From positions 29,401-93,400 of the forward strand of contig JAHDEX010000005.1 of assembly GCA_020628545.1 (NCBI GenBank): DNA of 64,000 nt. Reading direction: 5' to 3'. Origin of the DNA: Paracoccaceae bacterium. GTDB lineage: Bacteria; Pseudomonadota; Alphaproteobacteria; Rhodobacterales; Rhodobacteraceae. Each line of letters starts with the position of its first letter. The first letter of the stretch is position 1. Of the stretch, positions 55,670 through 64,000 are shown one piece after another. The notes beneath the pieces are model-generated. The model searched no databases. It was not told the origin of the DNA and was given only the letters and a program-made list of their open reading frames with translations. The position numbers were made by a program, and so were the translations under genes.

Positions 55670-56388
55670 GCGGTGAAGATCTTCTCAAGCGCCAGCATCG
55701 CATCATCAAGCCGGGTGGCATCCTGTCCACGGACCACGATGTTGGATCCGTAGACGCCGTCTTTCTGGTAGGGGTACGAGCCTACAGAGAGGTCCGAGAA
55801 GTCGTTTGCGAATATGCCAAGCGGGCCGGCAATGTCGCCCTCGCCTCGCTGGACGCGCAAAGTGCGTGACAAGAGCGGCGCGCCGCCTTTCAAGGTGGGC
55901 AGCACAGTGGCCACCATGGCTTGGAAAACCGAAGGCACACCGGCCATCACATGCACGTTGCGGATGGTGAACCCGGGGGCGGTGCTGACCGGATTGTCGA
56001 TCAGGGTGGCGCTGTCGGGGATGCGCGCCATGCGCAGCCGCGCGGCGTTGAGTTCCATCCCGCTGCGGTCGTAGTGGGCTTGCAACAAGGCGCGGGCGTC
56101 GTCGCGGATGTCGATAGGATCGTCAAAGGCGGCGGCGACGCAATCGGCGGTGATGTCATCATGTGTGGGGCCAATGCCGCCGCTTGTGAAAACAGCGTCG
56201 TAGGCCTCTGAAAGCGCCTGCACCGCAGCCACAATCGCGTCGCGATCATCGCTGACCACGCGCACTTCGCGAAGGTCGATCCCCGCTGCGGTCAACTGCC
56301 CTGCAAGGTGGTGCATGTTCGCGTCCCGCGTGCGACCGGAAAGAATTTCGTCGCCAATGACAAGCATCGCTGCGGTGGGGTTCGGCAT
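55666..56388 (-). CDS. CinA-like molybdopterin-binding (MoCF biosynthesis) domain protein
   Basis: MPNPTAAMLVIGDEILSGRTRDAN..FTSGGIGPTHDDIT.. SD GGAGA precedes ATG 56388. The track ORF extends to 56529. Confidence 0.8.
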   Translation of the reverse strand: MPNPTAAMLVIGDEILSGRTRDANMHHLAGQLTAAGIDLREVRVVSDDRDAIVAAVQALSEAYDAVFTSGGIGPTHDDITADCVAAAFDDPIDIRDDARALLQAHYDRSGMELNAARLRMARIPDSATLIDNPVSTAPGFTIRNVHVMAGVPSVFQAMVATVLPTLKGGAPLLSRTLRVQRGEGDIAGPLGIFANDFSDLSVGSYPYQKDGVYGSNIVVRGQDATRLDDAMLALEKIFTA

Positions 56389-56427
56389 CTCTGTCTCCTG
56401 CAATTTCGACATGTTATAGGCGCTCTT

Positions 56428-57129
56428 ATGCAGTTTGCCACACCCCTGATCCCCGCCCGCCTGATCCGCCGCTACAAACGGTTTCTGGCCGATTGCCGTT
56501 TGCAGGACGGGACCGAAGTGGTGGCGCATTGCGCCAACCCCGGTTCAATGATGGGCCTCGCAGAGCCGGATACAAAAATCTGGCTGGAGCCAAATGATGA
56601 TCCGAAGAAAAAGCTGAAATACGGCTGGCGCTTGGTCGATCATGAGAATGGCCATTTCACGGGTGTCGATACCTCTGTTCCCAACCGGGCACTCAAAGCC
56701 GCGTTTCTCGCGCATGAGGTGCCGGGGCTTGACTATGAAATGGTGCGGGCAGAGGTGAAATACGGTCAGAACTCGCGCATCGACTTTCTTCTGAGCGGCG
56801 CTGGGCGGGACATTTACGTTGAAGTGAAAAGCGTGACGCTGTCGCGCCAAACGGGGTTGGCGGAGTTTCCCGACAGCGTGACGGCACGGGGCGCGAAACA
56901 TCTGGCGGAACTGGCAGAGATGGTCAGGCAGGGGCACCGCGCTGTGATGTTGTATTTGGTGCAGCGGACGGACTGCGCGGGACTGACCTTGGCCGCGGAT
57001 ATCGACGGGACCTACGTGGCAGCGTTTCGCGACGCCGCAGCCGCCGGTGTGGAGGTGATGGCGTTTGATTGTGCGATTTCGCCAGAAGGCGTGGGCCTTC
57101 GGAAGCCGATCCTGTTCAACGCACCGTGA
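56428..57129 (+). CDS. sfsA: Sugar fermentation stimulation protein homolog SfsA
   Basis: MQFATPLIPARLIRRYKRFLADCRLQDGTEVVAHCANPGSM.. is the canonical SfsA N-terminus. Confidence 0.88.
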   Translation: MQFATPLIPARLIRRYKRFLADCRLQDGTEVVAHCANPGSMMGLAEPDTKIWLEPNDDPKKKLKYGWRLVDHENGHFTGVDTSVPNRALKAAFLAHEVPGLDYEMVRAEVKYGQNSRIDFLLSGAGRDIYVEVKSVTLSRQTGLAEFPDSVTARGAKHLAELAEMVRQGHRAVMLYLVQRTDCAGLTLAADIDGTYVAAFRDAAAAGVEVMAFDCAISPEGVGLRKPILFNAP

Positions 57130-57210
57130 CCTTGCTGTGGCATCGTCACATCTAGCCATAAGCGACTTGATCACCTATGTCCCCTCCAAGATGTGTGAAG
57201 GTGTTGAACG

Positions 57211-58014
57211 ATGAATAAGGGCGGCGTCACCAAAGACGGTATCCGGATTTACGAGCCTGGCGATTTTGCTGGGATGAACAAGGCTGGCCGCTTGGCCGCG
57301 CAGATCCTTGATGATGTCGCGGATTTTGTGGTGCCGGGCGCTACGACTGAAGCGCTCGATCAGTTCATTCAGGAACAAGTGGAGCTGGCGGGCGCGACCT
57401 CTGCCACCATTGGATACAAAGGCTATCAGCACGCCAGCTGCATTTCGGTCAATCACGTGGTCTGCCACGGGATTCCCGGTCCGAAAGTTCTCAAGGACGG
57501 CGATATCCTGAATATTGACGTCACAGTCATCGTGGATGGCTGGTTCGGTGATACGTCACGCATGTATGTCGCGGGGAGCTTGCCGCGGAAGGCAGAGCGG
57601 TTGATCCAGGTCACCCATGATGCGCTGATGAAAGGGATTGAAGCCGCGCGGCCGGGCAACACCTTTGGTGACATCGGCCATGCCATTCAGGTCTATGCCG
57701 AAAGCAACCGCATGTCTGTGGTGCGCGATTTCTGCGGGCATGGTCTGGGCCGCGTATTCCATGCGCCGCCCAATGTGCTGCACTACGGGCGTCCTGGCAC
57801 CGGAGCAGTCCTGGAAGAGGGCATGTTCTTTACGATTGAGCCGATGATCAATCTTGGACGGCCCGAGACCAAGGTGCTGGCCGACGACTGGACTGCTGTG
57901 ACCCGCGACAAAAGCTTGTCGGCGCAGTTTGAACATTCCATCGGCATCACGGCGCAGGGATGCGAAGTGTTCACCCTGTCGCCTGCTGGAAAGTTTCACC
58001 CGACCTACAGCTGA
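57211..58014 (+). CDS. map: Type I methionine aminopeptidase
   Basis: 267 aa with ..VCHGIP..D..NIDVT..GW.GDTSRM..FCGHGLG..EPM.. metal-ligand pattern. Confidence 0.92.
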   Translation: MNKGGVTKDGIRIYEPGDFAGMNKAGRLAAQILDDVADFVVPGATTEALDQFIQEQVELAGATSATIGYKGYQHASCISVNHVVCHGIPGPKVLKDGDILNIDVTVIVDGWFGDTSRMYVAGSLPRKAERLIQVTHDALMKGIEAARPGNTFGDIGHAIQVYAESNRMSVVRDFCGHGLGRVFHAPPNVLHYGRPGTGAVLEEGMFFTIEPMINLGRPETKVLADDWTAVTRDKSLSAQFEHSIGITAQGCEVFTLSPAGKFHPTYS

Positions 58015-58138
58015 AACGCCACGCGGCCCGGTTGGCCGAAATAACAGCTGTTAATTTCGATTTGATTTCAATTGTCTGTGTTTGCGGCGGCGTTGGAGAT
58101 TGAGTTGTTTTGGCCAGATGAAGGAAAGCCGTTGTGGC

Positions 58139-58783
58139 TTAGTCGAGGCCAAGCCGTGTGGCGATGTCATCCATATGCGTGACGACTTCGGCCCCGATTG
58201 CTGCACGGCGACCGTCGTCATCCTCAGGTGCAAAACCGAGCGTGCGCACACCGGCAGCGATCCCCGCTTTGGCACCGTTGACGCTGTCGTCGATGAAGAC
58301 TGTCTGTGCGACCGTGCAATTTGCGACGCGCATCGCGTGATAGATCATCGTGGGGTCTGGCTTTGGGACATAGTCGTGCCCGGAATAGATCCGGCCTTGG
58401 AAGCGGTCGATCAGGCCCGAGGGCGTCAGCGTAATTTCCATCTTCCGCATCGGCCCGTTTGAGGCGATGGCGGTGGCGATGCCCGCGGCTTCCAATTTGT
58501 CGAGAAGAGCGTCAACGCCATCAAAGACCGGTACGCCTTTTGCCAAGGCTGCGAACATTTCCGCGTAGGTGCCATCGACCCAATCCGCAGGCAGATCAGC
58601 GCCCTTGCGGCGGGCTTCGTCCGCAATGCCCTGAATGGTGCCGCCGATGAACATCGCGCTGGTTTCTTCCGGGGCAATTGGCAATCCACACGCTGTCAGG
58701 CGTCGCGCGATGATGGCGTCGGTTGTGGGTTCAGTGTCGACCAACACACCGTCACAGTCGAAGATCACAAGTTTTGGGGTCAT
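58139..58783 (-). CDS. HAD-superfamily hydrolase (beta-phosphoglucomutase/phosphatase-like)
   Basis: Motif I VIFDCDGVLVDTE and C-terminal ..FIDDSVNGAKAG.. Confidence 0.8.
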   Translation of the reverse strand: MTPKLVIFDCDGVLVDTEPTTDAIIARRLTACGLPIAPEETSAMFIGGTIQGIADEARRKGADLPADWVDGTYAEMFAALAKGVPVFDGVDALLDKLEAAGIATAIASNGPMRKMEITLTPSGLIDRFQGRIYSGHDYVPKPDPTMIYHAMRVANCTVAQTVFIDDSVNGAKAGIAAGVRTLGFAPEDDDGRRAAIGAEVVTHMDDIATRLGLD

Positions 58784-59337
58784 GCGGGCCTCATGAAGGT
58801 GATCCAGGTGTCGCCATAGCGGCGCTGATCGAGTTGCGTGAAACCTGCGGGTGCGGGCAGGGCAGTGCTCTCTTCCAGCACGATCACCGCATCGGGCGCG
58901 ATCCAGCCTTGCTTTTGCGCCGCGTTGATCGCAGCGATGCCAAGGCCCTTGCCATAGGGCGGATCGAGGAACACAAGTTGGCAGGGCGACTTTGCAGGAG
59001 GTAAGCGATCTGCCGGTGTGCGGAGGAGCGCCGCGTCGTCAACGCGCCGGCACTTTGCGATGTTTTCAGTGATAAGCCGCTGCGCCGTCTTGCCGTTATC
59101 AACAAAGGTGACGTGGGCTGCGCCGCGCGACAGCGCCTCAAGCCCAAGCGCACCGGTGCCAGCAAACAAGTCCAGCACCTGCGCCCCGTTGATCGGATCA
59201 CCAAAGCGTCCTCCCTGTAACACGTTGAAAAGGCTTTCGCGCACGCGGTCTGACGTGGGCCGCAGATGCGCGGCAGCGTCGCCGTTGCCGACGGCGGCGA
59301 GGGTCAAACCACGATGCTGTCCACCAATGATCCTCAC
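58780..59337 (-). CDS. rsmD: 16S rRNA (guanine966-N2)-methyltransferase
   Basis: MRIIGGQHRGL..RPTSDRVRESLFN..DLFAGTGALGLEALSRGA..FLDPPYGKG. Confidence 0.88.
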   Translation of the reverse strand: MRIIGGQHRGLTLAAVGNGDAAAHLRPTSDRVRESLFNVLQGGRFGDPINGAQVLDLFAGTGALGLEALSRGAAHVTFVDNGKTAQRLITENIAKCRRVDDAALLRTPADRLPPAKSPCQLVFLDPPYGKGLGIAAINAAQKQGWIAPDAVIVLEESTALPAPAGFTQLDQRRYGDTWITFMRPA

Positions 59338-60545
59338 GCCCGCAGGAGCGCTTTCATATCGGTCGCGGGGTCAGTGATTTGGTCCGGTGCGGGGCTTTTG
59401 CCCGCTGCGATCAGGCGTTTCCCAATCATGTAGTTGCGGGGGTCGTTCATGGCATCTACGGCAATCAGTTTGTTGCCCTTGTAGTACCAGTGCGAGGTCG
59501 CGTCGCCATCCTTGCGCACGTAGACCGCGTCATAGCCTGTGTTGAGCCCGGCGATCTGTAGTTTGCAGTCGTATTGATCGGACCAGAACCACGGCTCTGG
59601 CGTGTAGGGCGCCTCTGCCCCGCAGATATTGCGCGCAACGGCCTCGGCCTGATCAATCGCATTACCCACGCTTTCAATGCGGATTTGCTGGCCATTATGT
59701 GGCGTCGAGGCACAATCCCCAGCGGCCCAGATGTGCGGGTTGGAGGTTTGGCCGAGCGCGTTGGTGGCGATCCCGTTGTCGATGGTCAGGCCTGCGCCTT
59801 CCGCGAGGATCGTCGCAGGCGCGATGCCGACGCCGACGACGGCGAAATCGAGGTTCAGCTCAGTGCCGTCTGTCAGACGGGCACCTGTCACCGCGTCATC
59901 GCCCGTCAGCCGCTCGAGCCCGACGCCTTCCCGGATCGTGACACCGCGGGCCGCATGCAGTGCGCGGAAGTAGTCGGATGTTTCCGCGCAGGCGACGCGC
60001 TGCAAGATGCGGTCCGCCATTTCTACCAGCGTCACGCTGACACCGCGTTTGGCGGCAACGGCGGCGGCCTCCAGCCCGATGTAGCCACCCCCGATGATCA
60101 GGGCCTTCTTGCCTTCCGTAAATGCGGGCGCCATTGCGTCGGCGTCAGCGAGGTCGCGGACGGTAAAAACATTCTCAAGTGTCCCGCCAATCGCTGCTGG
60201 CAAGGTCCGTGGATGCGCGCCGGTTGTCAGCACCAGGTGATCGTAGGAGAGGTGCTCATCCCCCTCCAGCGTCACGGATTTGCCCGCAGGATCGATGACA
60301 ACGGCACGTGTGGCAAGACGCAGGTCAATGGTGTTGTCGGCGTAGAAGCTTTCGGGGCGCAGAAAAAGCCGCTCTTCTGGCATCTCGCCCAACAGATAGG
60401 CTTTGGACAGGGGCGGACGTTGATAGGGGGGCTGCGCCTCTCCACCGATAAGGGTGATCCGCCCGTCAAACCCTTCGGCGCGCAGTTTCGCAACGCAGGA
60501 CGACCCGGCTTGTCCGGCTCCTACCACCACCACATGTGCCATCAT
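59334..60545 (-). CDS. FAD/NAD(P)-dependent oxidoreductase (ferredoxin/rubredoxin reductase-like)
   Basis: MMAHVVVVGAGQAGSS.. FAD motif and a second dinucleotide motif LIIGGGYIGLEAA. Trimmed from track ORF 59334..60572. Confidence 0.82.
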   Translation of the reverse strand: MMAHVVVVGAGQAGSSCVAKLRAEGFDGRITLIGGEAQPPYQRPPLSKAYLLGEMPEERLFLRPESFYADNTIDLRLATRAVVIDPAGKSVTLEGDEHLSYDHLVLTTGAHPRTLPAAIGGTLENVFTVRDLADADAMAPAFTEGKKALIIGGGYIGLEAAAVAAKRGVSVTLVEMADRILQRVACAETSDYFRALHAARGVTIREGVGLERLTGDDAVTGARLTDGTELNLDFAVVGVGIAPATILAEGAGLTIDNGIATNALGQTSNPHIWAAGDCASTPHNGQQIRIESVGNAIDQAEAVARNICGAEAPYTPEPWFWSDQYDCKLQIAGLNTGYDAVYVRKDGDATSHWYYKGNKLIAVDAMNDPRNYMIGKRLIAAGKSPAPDQITDPATDMKALLRA

Positions 60546-60627
60546 CTGCCCCTTACTGCTGGTCAGCACCACCGCCGCAACCTATATGCCAATGCGAACG
60601 CAACGCAATGACAATGGGGCACTCCAC

Positions 60628-61116
60628 ATGGGACTCTCACAAGGCGATACACTGCCAGACGCAACACTTCTCGCAATGGGGGCGGACGGACCAGAGGAAG
60701 TCAGTCTAAGCGCCAAGCTGTCAGGGCGCAAAGTTGTCGTGTTTGGTTTGCCGGGTGCTTACACCGGAACCTGCACCGCTTCCCACGTGCCCAGCTTCAT
60801 TCGGACGATTGACCAGTTCAAAGCAAAAGGTGTCGATGAGATCATCTGCGTGTCGGTCAATGATCCCTTTGTGATGGCAGCATGGGGTGACAGCACAGGT
60901 GCAACAGCAGCTGGCATAACGATGCTCGGCGATGCATCTGGGGATTTCACCAAGGCAGTGGGCATGGATTTCACCGCACCACCCGTGGGCTTTTACGGGC
61001 GCTCAAAGCGCTACGCGATGATTGTCGACAACGGTGTCGTTTCCGCAATCGGCGAAGAAACAAGCCCGGGCGAATGCGATATATCCGGCGGCGAGGCGCT
61101 GCTGGAGAAAGTTTAG
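60628..61116 (+). CDS. Peroxiredoxin, Prx5 subfamily
   Basis: 162 aa with ..VVVFGLPGAYTGTCTASHVP.. (peroxidatic Cys context). Internal start of track ORF 60454..61116. Confidence 0.85.
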   Translation: MGLSQGDTLPDATLLAMGADGPEEVSLSAKLSGRKVVVFGLPGAYTGTCTASHVPSFIRTIDQFKAKGVDEIICVSVNDPFVMAAWGDSTGATAAGITMLGDASGDFTKAVGMDFTAPPVGFYGRSKRYAMIVDNGVVSAIGEETSPGECDISGGEALLEKV

Positions 61117-61126
61117 GCAAAGACAT

Positions 61127-61154
61127 AAAAGGCCGCGTTACGCGGCCTTTTTTA
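61127..61154. terminator. Bidirectional rho-independent terminator between the peroxiredoxin gene and phhB
   Basis: AAAAGGCCGCG-TTA-CGCGGCCTTTT: an 11-bp stem flanked by A-run and T-run tracts on both sides. Confidence 0.8.
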
Positions 61155-61436
61155 CGCCGCGAGTTTGTCCAACGCCTTCGCCAGCTTCGCGTCTAGCTCA
61201 CTGAGGCCACCAGTGTCATGGGTGGTTAGTGTGACATCGACCTTCTTGTAGATGTTGGACCACTCCGGGTGGTGATTCAGCTTTTCTGCCCAGAGGGCAA
61301 CACCCGTCATAAAGCGGAACGCCTCAATAAAGTCGCGGAACACGAATTGCTTTGTGATCGCATCGCGTCCGTCCACCATAGTCCAACCGTTGGCCAACAG
61401 GGCGTCCTTGTCTGCATCGCCTATTTTTTCGGTCAT
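61152..61436 (-). CDS. phhB: 4a-Hydroxytetrahydrobiopterin (pterin-4a-carbinolamine) dehydratase
   Basis: 94 aa; ..[42 protein letters not shown].. is the PCD signature. Confidence 0.88.
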   Translation of the reverse strand: MTEKIGDADKDALLANGWTMVDGRDAITKQFVFRDFIEAFRFMTGVALWAEKLNHHPEWSNIYKKVDVTLTTHDTGGLSELDAKLAKALDKLAA

Positions 61437-62620
61437 TCCTGTTCCTCTCTGATTTCTTTCTTAAATGGGCCGTAACTGGTGAGCACTTCGATCTCATGAT
61501 CAACGGCATCACGCTCTGCCTGTAAATATTTGGCAATGGCATCTCTGAAGCCAGGATCACCAAACCAATGCAGCGAATGTGTGGCGACGGGAAGATATCC
61601 GCGGGCCAGCTTATGCTCCCCCTGCGCGCCCGCCTCGACCCGTTTCATGCCATGGGTGATCGCAAAGTCGATGGCGCGATAGTAGCACAATTCAAAATGC
61701 AGACAGGGTTGATGGGCCGTGCAGCCCCAGTAGCGGCCGTAAAGCGTTTCGCGCCCAATGAAGTTCAAAGCACCGGCAAAGGGGCCGTCATCGGTTGTTG
61801 CGAGCGCGAGCAGCATGTCGTCCCGCATCGTCTCTTGCGCGATCTCAAAGAAGCTGCGTGTCAGATAGGGGGTGCCCCACTTGCGACTGCCGGTGTCTTG
61901 ATAAAACCGCCAGAAGGCGTCCCAGTGGTGCGGTTGAAGGTCATCGCCTGTCAGCATCTCAACCTGGCCAACAAAATCGTTTGCGGTGGCACGTTCCTTG
62001 CGGATGTTCTTGCGTTTGCGACTGGCGAGGCTTGCAAGAAAGGCGTCAAAGTCGGCGTAGTTGCTGTTTTCCCAATGAAACTGCTGACCGACGCGCGCCA
62101 GAAGACCCATTTGCTCACCGGCGATCGCCTCGCCTTCGGTGCAAAACGTGATGTGGACGGATGACAGTTCATTGTCCGCGGCGATCTGCACGGCGCCCTG
62201 CACGATGGCAGATATGCCAACCGTCTCATGCCCCGGTTTGGTCAGAAAACGCCGGCCTGTGGCTGGCGTGAACGGCACAGCCATTTGCAGTTTCGGATAG
62301 TATCGTCCACCTGCGTTCTCATAGGCATGGGCCCAGTTGTGATCGAAGATGTACTCACCCTGACTATGCCCTTTGGCATAGAGGGGGGCGACGGCGATGA
62401 CCTGATCCGCTTCGCGCGCCACCAGATAGCGTGGCTGCCAGCCCGAACCGGGGCCTACCGATCCGCTGTCTTCCAGTGCCTTCAGAAAACGGTAGGTCGT
62501 GAAGGGGTCGAACGGACGGCCGCCATCGGCTGCTTCCGGGCAGGCGCAGGCATCCCAATCGGCAGGATCAATACCGGACAAGTCGCCGTGGGCGGTGATT
62601 TCGATGGGCGCGTCGCTCAT
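61433..62620 (-). CDS. DUF482 (FemAB/GNAT-like) protein
   Basis: ..[59 protein letters not shown].. is the DUF482 hallmark. Start placed at MSDAPIE. Confidence 0.78.
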   Translation of the reverse strand: MSDAPIEITAHGDLSGIDPADWDACACPEAADGGRPFDPFTTYRFLKALEDSGSVGPGSGWQPRYLVAREADQVIAVAPLYAKGHSQGEYIFDHNWAHAYENAGGRYYPKLQMAVPFTPATGRRFLTKPGHETVGISAIVQGAVQIAADNELSSVHITFCTEGEAIAGEQMGLLARVGQQFHWENSNYADFDAFLASLASRKRKNIRKERATANDFVGQVEMLTGDDLQPHHWDAFWRFYQDTGSRKWGTPYLTRSFFEIAQETMRDDMLLALATTDDGPFAGALNFIGRETLYGRYWGCTAHQPCLHFELCYYRAIDFAITHGMKRVEAGAQGEHKLARGYLPVATHSLHWFGDPGFRDAIAKYLQAERDAVDHEIEVLTSYGPFKKEIREEQE

Positions 62621-62651
62621 GTTCGTCAACTTGTGTGCGCAAGCGCACCCG

Positions 62652-63404
62652 TCAAGCCAGGTAGCCCTCAAACGTGATGTTATCCGCGACTTTCCGGGCT
62701 TCGGCCTCAGCGGCAGCGGATTTGATCGTCCAGCACAAAATTGTGGCCCCTTGCGCCTTGAGGTCTGCGACGCGCGGGCGAGTCAGATCAGGGGCTTCGT
62801 GACTAATGAAGCAGGCACCTGTGCGATCATAATCCGGGATGTCGCGCAGACGGTCGCAGACGTGGGGCGCGACGGGTGCCCAGTCGGCGTAGACAAAAGC
62901 CGATGTGGTTATCCCGCGCGGGATTTCGGGCGCTGCGTTTCCAAAAGCGATGACTGCGTGTGGGTTGAACGACATGACGGCAACATCGCCGTTGTAAGAT
63001 TTGAGGGCAGTTGCCGTTGCTTCCTCGAGTGGCCCAACGTTTGGTCCCATCTGCCCGTCCTGATCCTTGATCTCAATCAGAAGCGGCACTTTCCCGTCAA
63101 CAATTGCCAACACTTCGTCCAAGGTTGGGATACCTGCCTCGCCACCTGTCAGCGAGATCGCTTTGAGATCGGCGGCGCTGCGTTGTGCGACAGGCCCTGT
63201 CTCCGCCGTCAGACGTGCAAGATGATAGTCGTGAAAAACCATCGCGGTGCCGTCCTGCGACATTTGCAGGTCGATCTCGATCCCATAGCCAGTGTCCACT
63301 GCGGCCTGAATGGCCTCAACGCTGTTTTCAGGCCGACCGTCGGTGACATCGTGCAAACCGCGGTGCGTGATCGGGCGGTTCAGGAATGCAGCGGGCAATG
63401 TCAT
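62652..63404 (-). CDS. Glycerophosphodiester phosphodiesterase family protein
   Basis: ..ITHRGLH..PENSVEAI..GIEIDLQ.. GDPD catalytic pattern. Confidence 0.8.
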   Translation of the reverse strand: MTLPAAFLNRPITHRGLHDVTDGRPENSVEAIQAAVDTGYGIEIDLQMSQDGTAMVFHDYHLARLTAETGPVAQRSAADLKAISLTGGEAGIPTLDEVLAIVDGKVPLLIEIKDQDGQMGPNVGPLEEATATALKSYNGDVAVMSFNPHAVIAFGNAAPEIPRGITTSAFVYADWAPVAPHVCDRLRDIPDYDRTGACFISHEAPDLTRPRVADLKAQGATILCWTIKSAAAEAEARKVADNITFEGYLA

Positions 63405-63865
63405 GCGATCTGGAAGATGCCGTCGATTTCGACCGCAACGCCGAACGGCAGGCTTGCGGCACTGACAGCGGCACGGGCGTGGGTGCCTTTCTCGCCAAGC
63501 GCAGCGACAAGGAAGTCGGACGCGCCGTTGATGACCTTGGGTTGGTCAGTGAAGTCGCCCGTAGAGTTGACAAAGCCTGTCAGCCGGACGACGCGGACCA
63601 GACGATCGATATCTCCACCACAGGCCGCTTTGACCTGGCCGAGAAGGGCGATGGCGCAAGCCTTCGCGGCTTCGGCCCCCTTTTCGACGCTGCAACCATC
63701 GCCAAGTTTTCCGGTGATCAGCCCCTCTGGCGTGCCGGGCAGCTGGCCGGAGACATAAAGCATATTGCCCGACAGGACGAAGGGCACGTAGTTGGCGGCC
63801 GGTGCGGCCGCTTCGGGAAGCGTGATGCCCATCTCTGCCAGTTTGGTTTCGATGTCTGATGCCAT
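63401..63865 (-). CDS. RidA/YjgF-family protein
   Basis: 154 aa with a YjgF/RidA-like C-terminal pattern (..RAAVSAASLPFGVAVEIDGIF..). It overlaps the next gene's start. Confidence 0.8.
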   Translation of the reverse strand: MASDIETKLAEMGITLPEAAAPAANYVPFVLSGNMLYVSGQLPGTPEGLITGKLGDGCSVEKGAEAAKACAIALLGQVKAACGGDIDRLVRVVRLTGFVNSTGDFTDQPKVINGASDFLVAALGEKGTHARAAVSAASLPFGVAVEIDGIFQIA

Positions 63866-63931
63866 GGTCGACTCCCCTTCGGACGTTATGACCGGACGCT
63901 AGCGCCCGGTCGCGAGGGGTGCAACCAAGGC

Positions 63932-64000
63932 TTACGTTTCGCGGAAGGCCTTCGCGAAATAGTCAGCCAGCGGTTTGATCAGATAGTCCATCGGGCTGCG
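63932..64000 (-). CDS. 3' end of an unidentified gene (remainder outside the window)
   Basis: The minus-strand frame is open to the window edge and ends ..MDYLIKPLADYFAKAFRET-stop (TAA at 63932..63934). Too short to classify. Confidence 0.3.
   Translation of the reverse strand, partial: RSPMDYLIKPLADYFAKAFRET

Noticed and set aside
1-64000. CRISPR arrays, rRNA genes, IS elements or transposase genes, toxin-antitoxin pairs and known defence-system genes.
   Set aside because: I saw no regularly spaced direct repeats, no rRNA-like conserved blocks, and no transposase, nuclease, helicase or large ATPase ORFs. The only mobility gene is the small tyrosine recombinase at 29904..30536.

Overview
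High-GC chromosomal segment that looks alphaproteobacterial (Rhodobacteraceae / roseobacter-like gene content and order). All family calls were made by eye from the translated ORFs; no search was run. I support about 75 protein-coding genes, densely packed with many ATGA/TGA-ATG overlaps. I found no rRNA, tRNA or CRISPR array.

The flanks (1-29.4 kb and 47.2-64 kb) are mostly housekeeping or core metabolism:
- Left flank: pgsA-moaD-moaE, tag, phaA-phaB, ispB-type prenyl synthase, ETF-QO, greA, fghA, zapE, accD-folC.
- Right flank: ilvD, sfsA, map, rsmD, a Prx5-type peroxiredoxin, phhB, RidA.
- Small regulators (LysR x5, MarR, ArsR, LuxR, RpiR) and conserved hypotheticals are interspersed throughout.

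The centre (about 29.8-46.9 kb) is the most interesting part. A small catalytic-core-only tyrosine recombinase gene sits next to a possible gene remnant. It is followed by a ~17 kb catabolic block containing:
- iolG, iolD and iolE;
- a frameshifted mmsA/iolA;
- a CUT2-type sugar ABC transporter;
- an RpiR regulator and a LysR regulator.

This block contains no iolB, iolC or iolJ. Instead an aldehyde dehydrogenase, an HpcH/HpaI-family aldolase and a D-2-hydroxyacid dehydrogenase are fused into the iolG operon, with an SDR and an aldo/keto reductase nearby. I interpret this as a candidate non-phosphorylative lower branch of inositol catabolism. This is inference, not demonstrated.

Three AT-rich intergenic regions of the block share a TGCAA-N6-TTGCA-type palindrome, a likely operator for the RpiR regulator.

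Other points worth a second look:
- a G8 homopolymer frameshift in mmsA;
- duplicated inverted repeats at the ArsR and MarR-operon promoters;
- a 440-bp non-coding region with CU-rich (anti-SD-like) hairpin loops;
- a three-gene cluster of unknown function after ilvD;
- a stand-alone EAL protein with substitutions at conserved acidic positions;
- a long 'intergenic' stretch holding a Cys-rich ORF that overlaps the next gene by ATGA.
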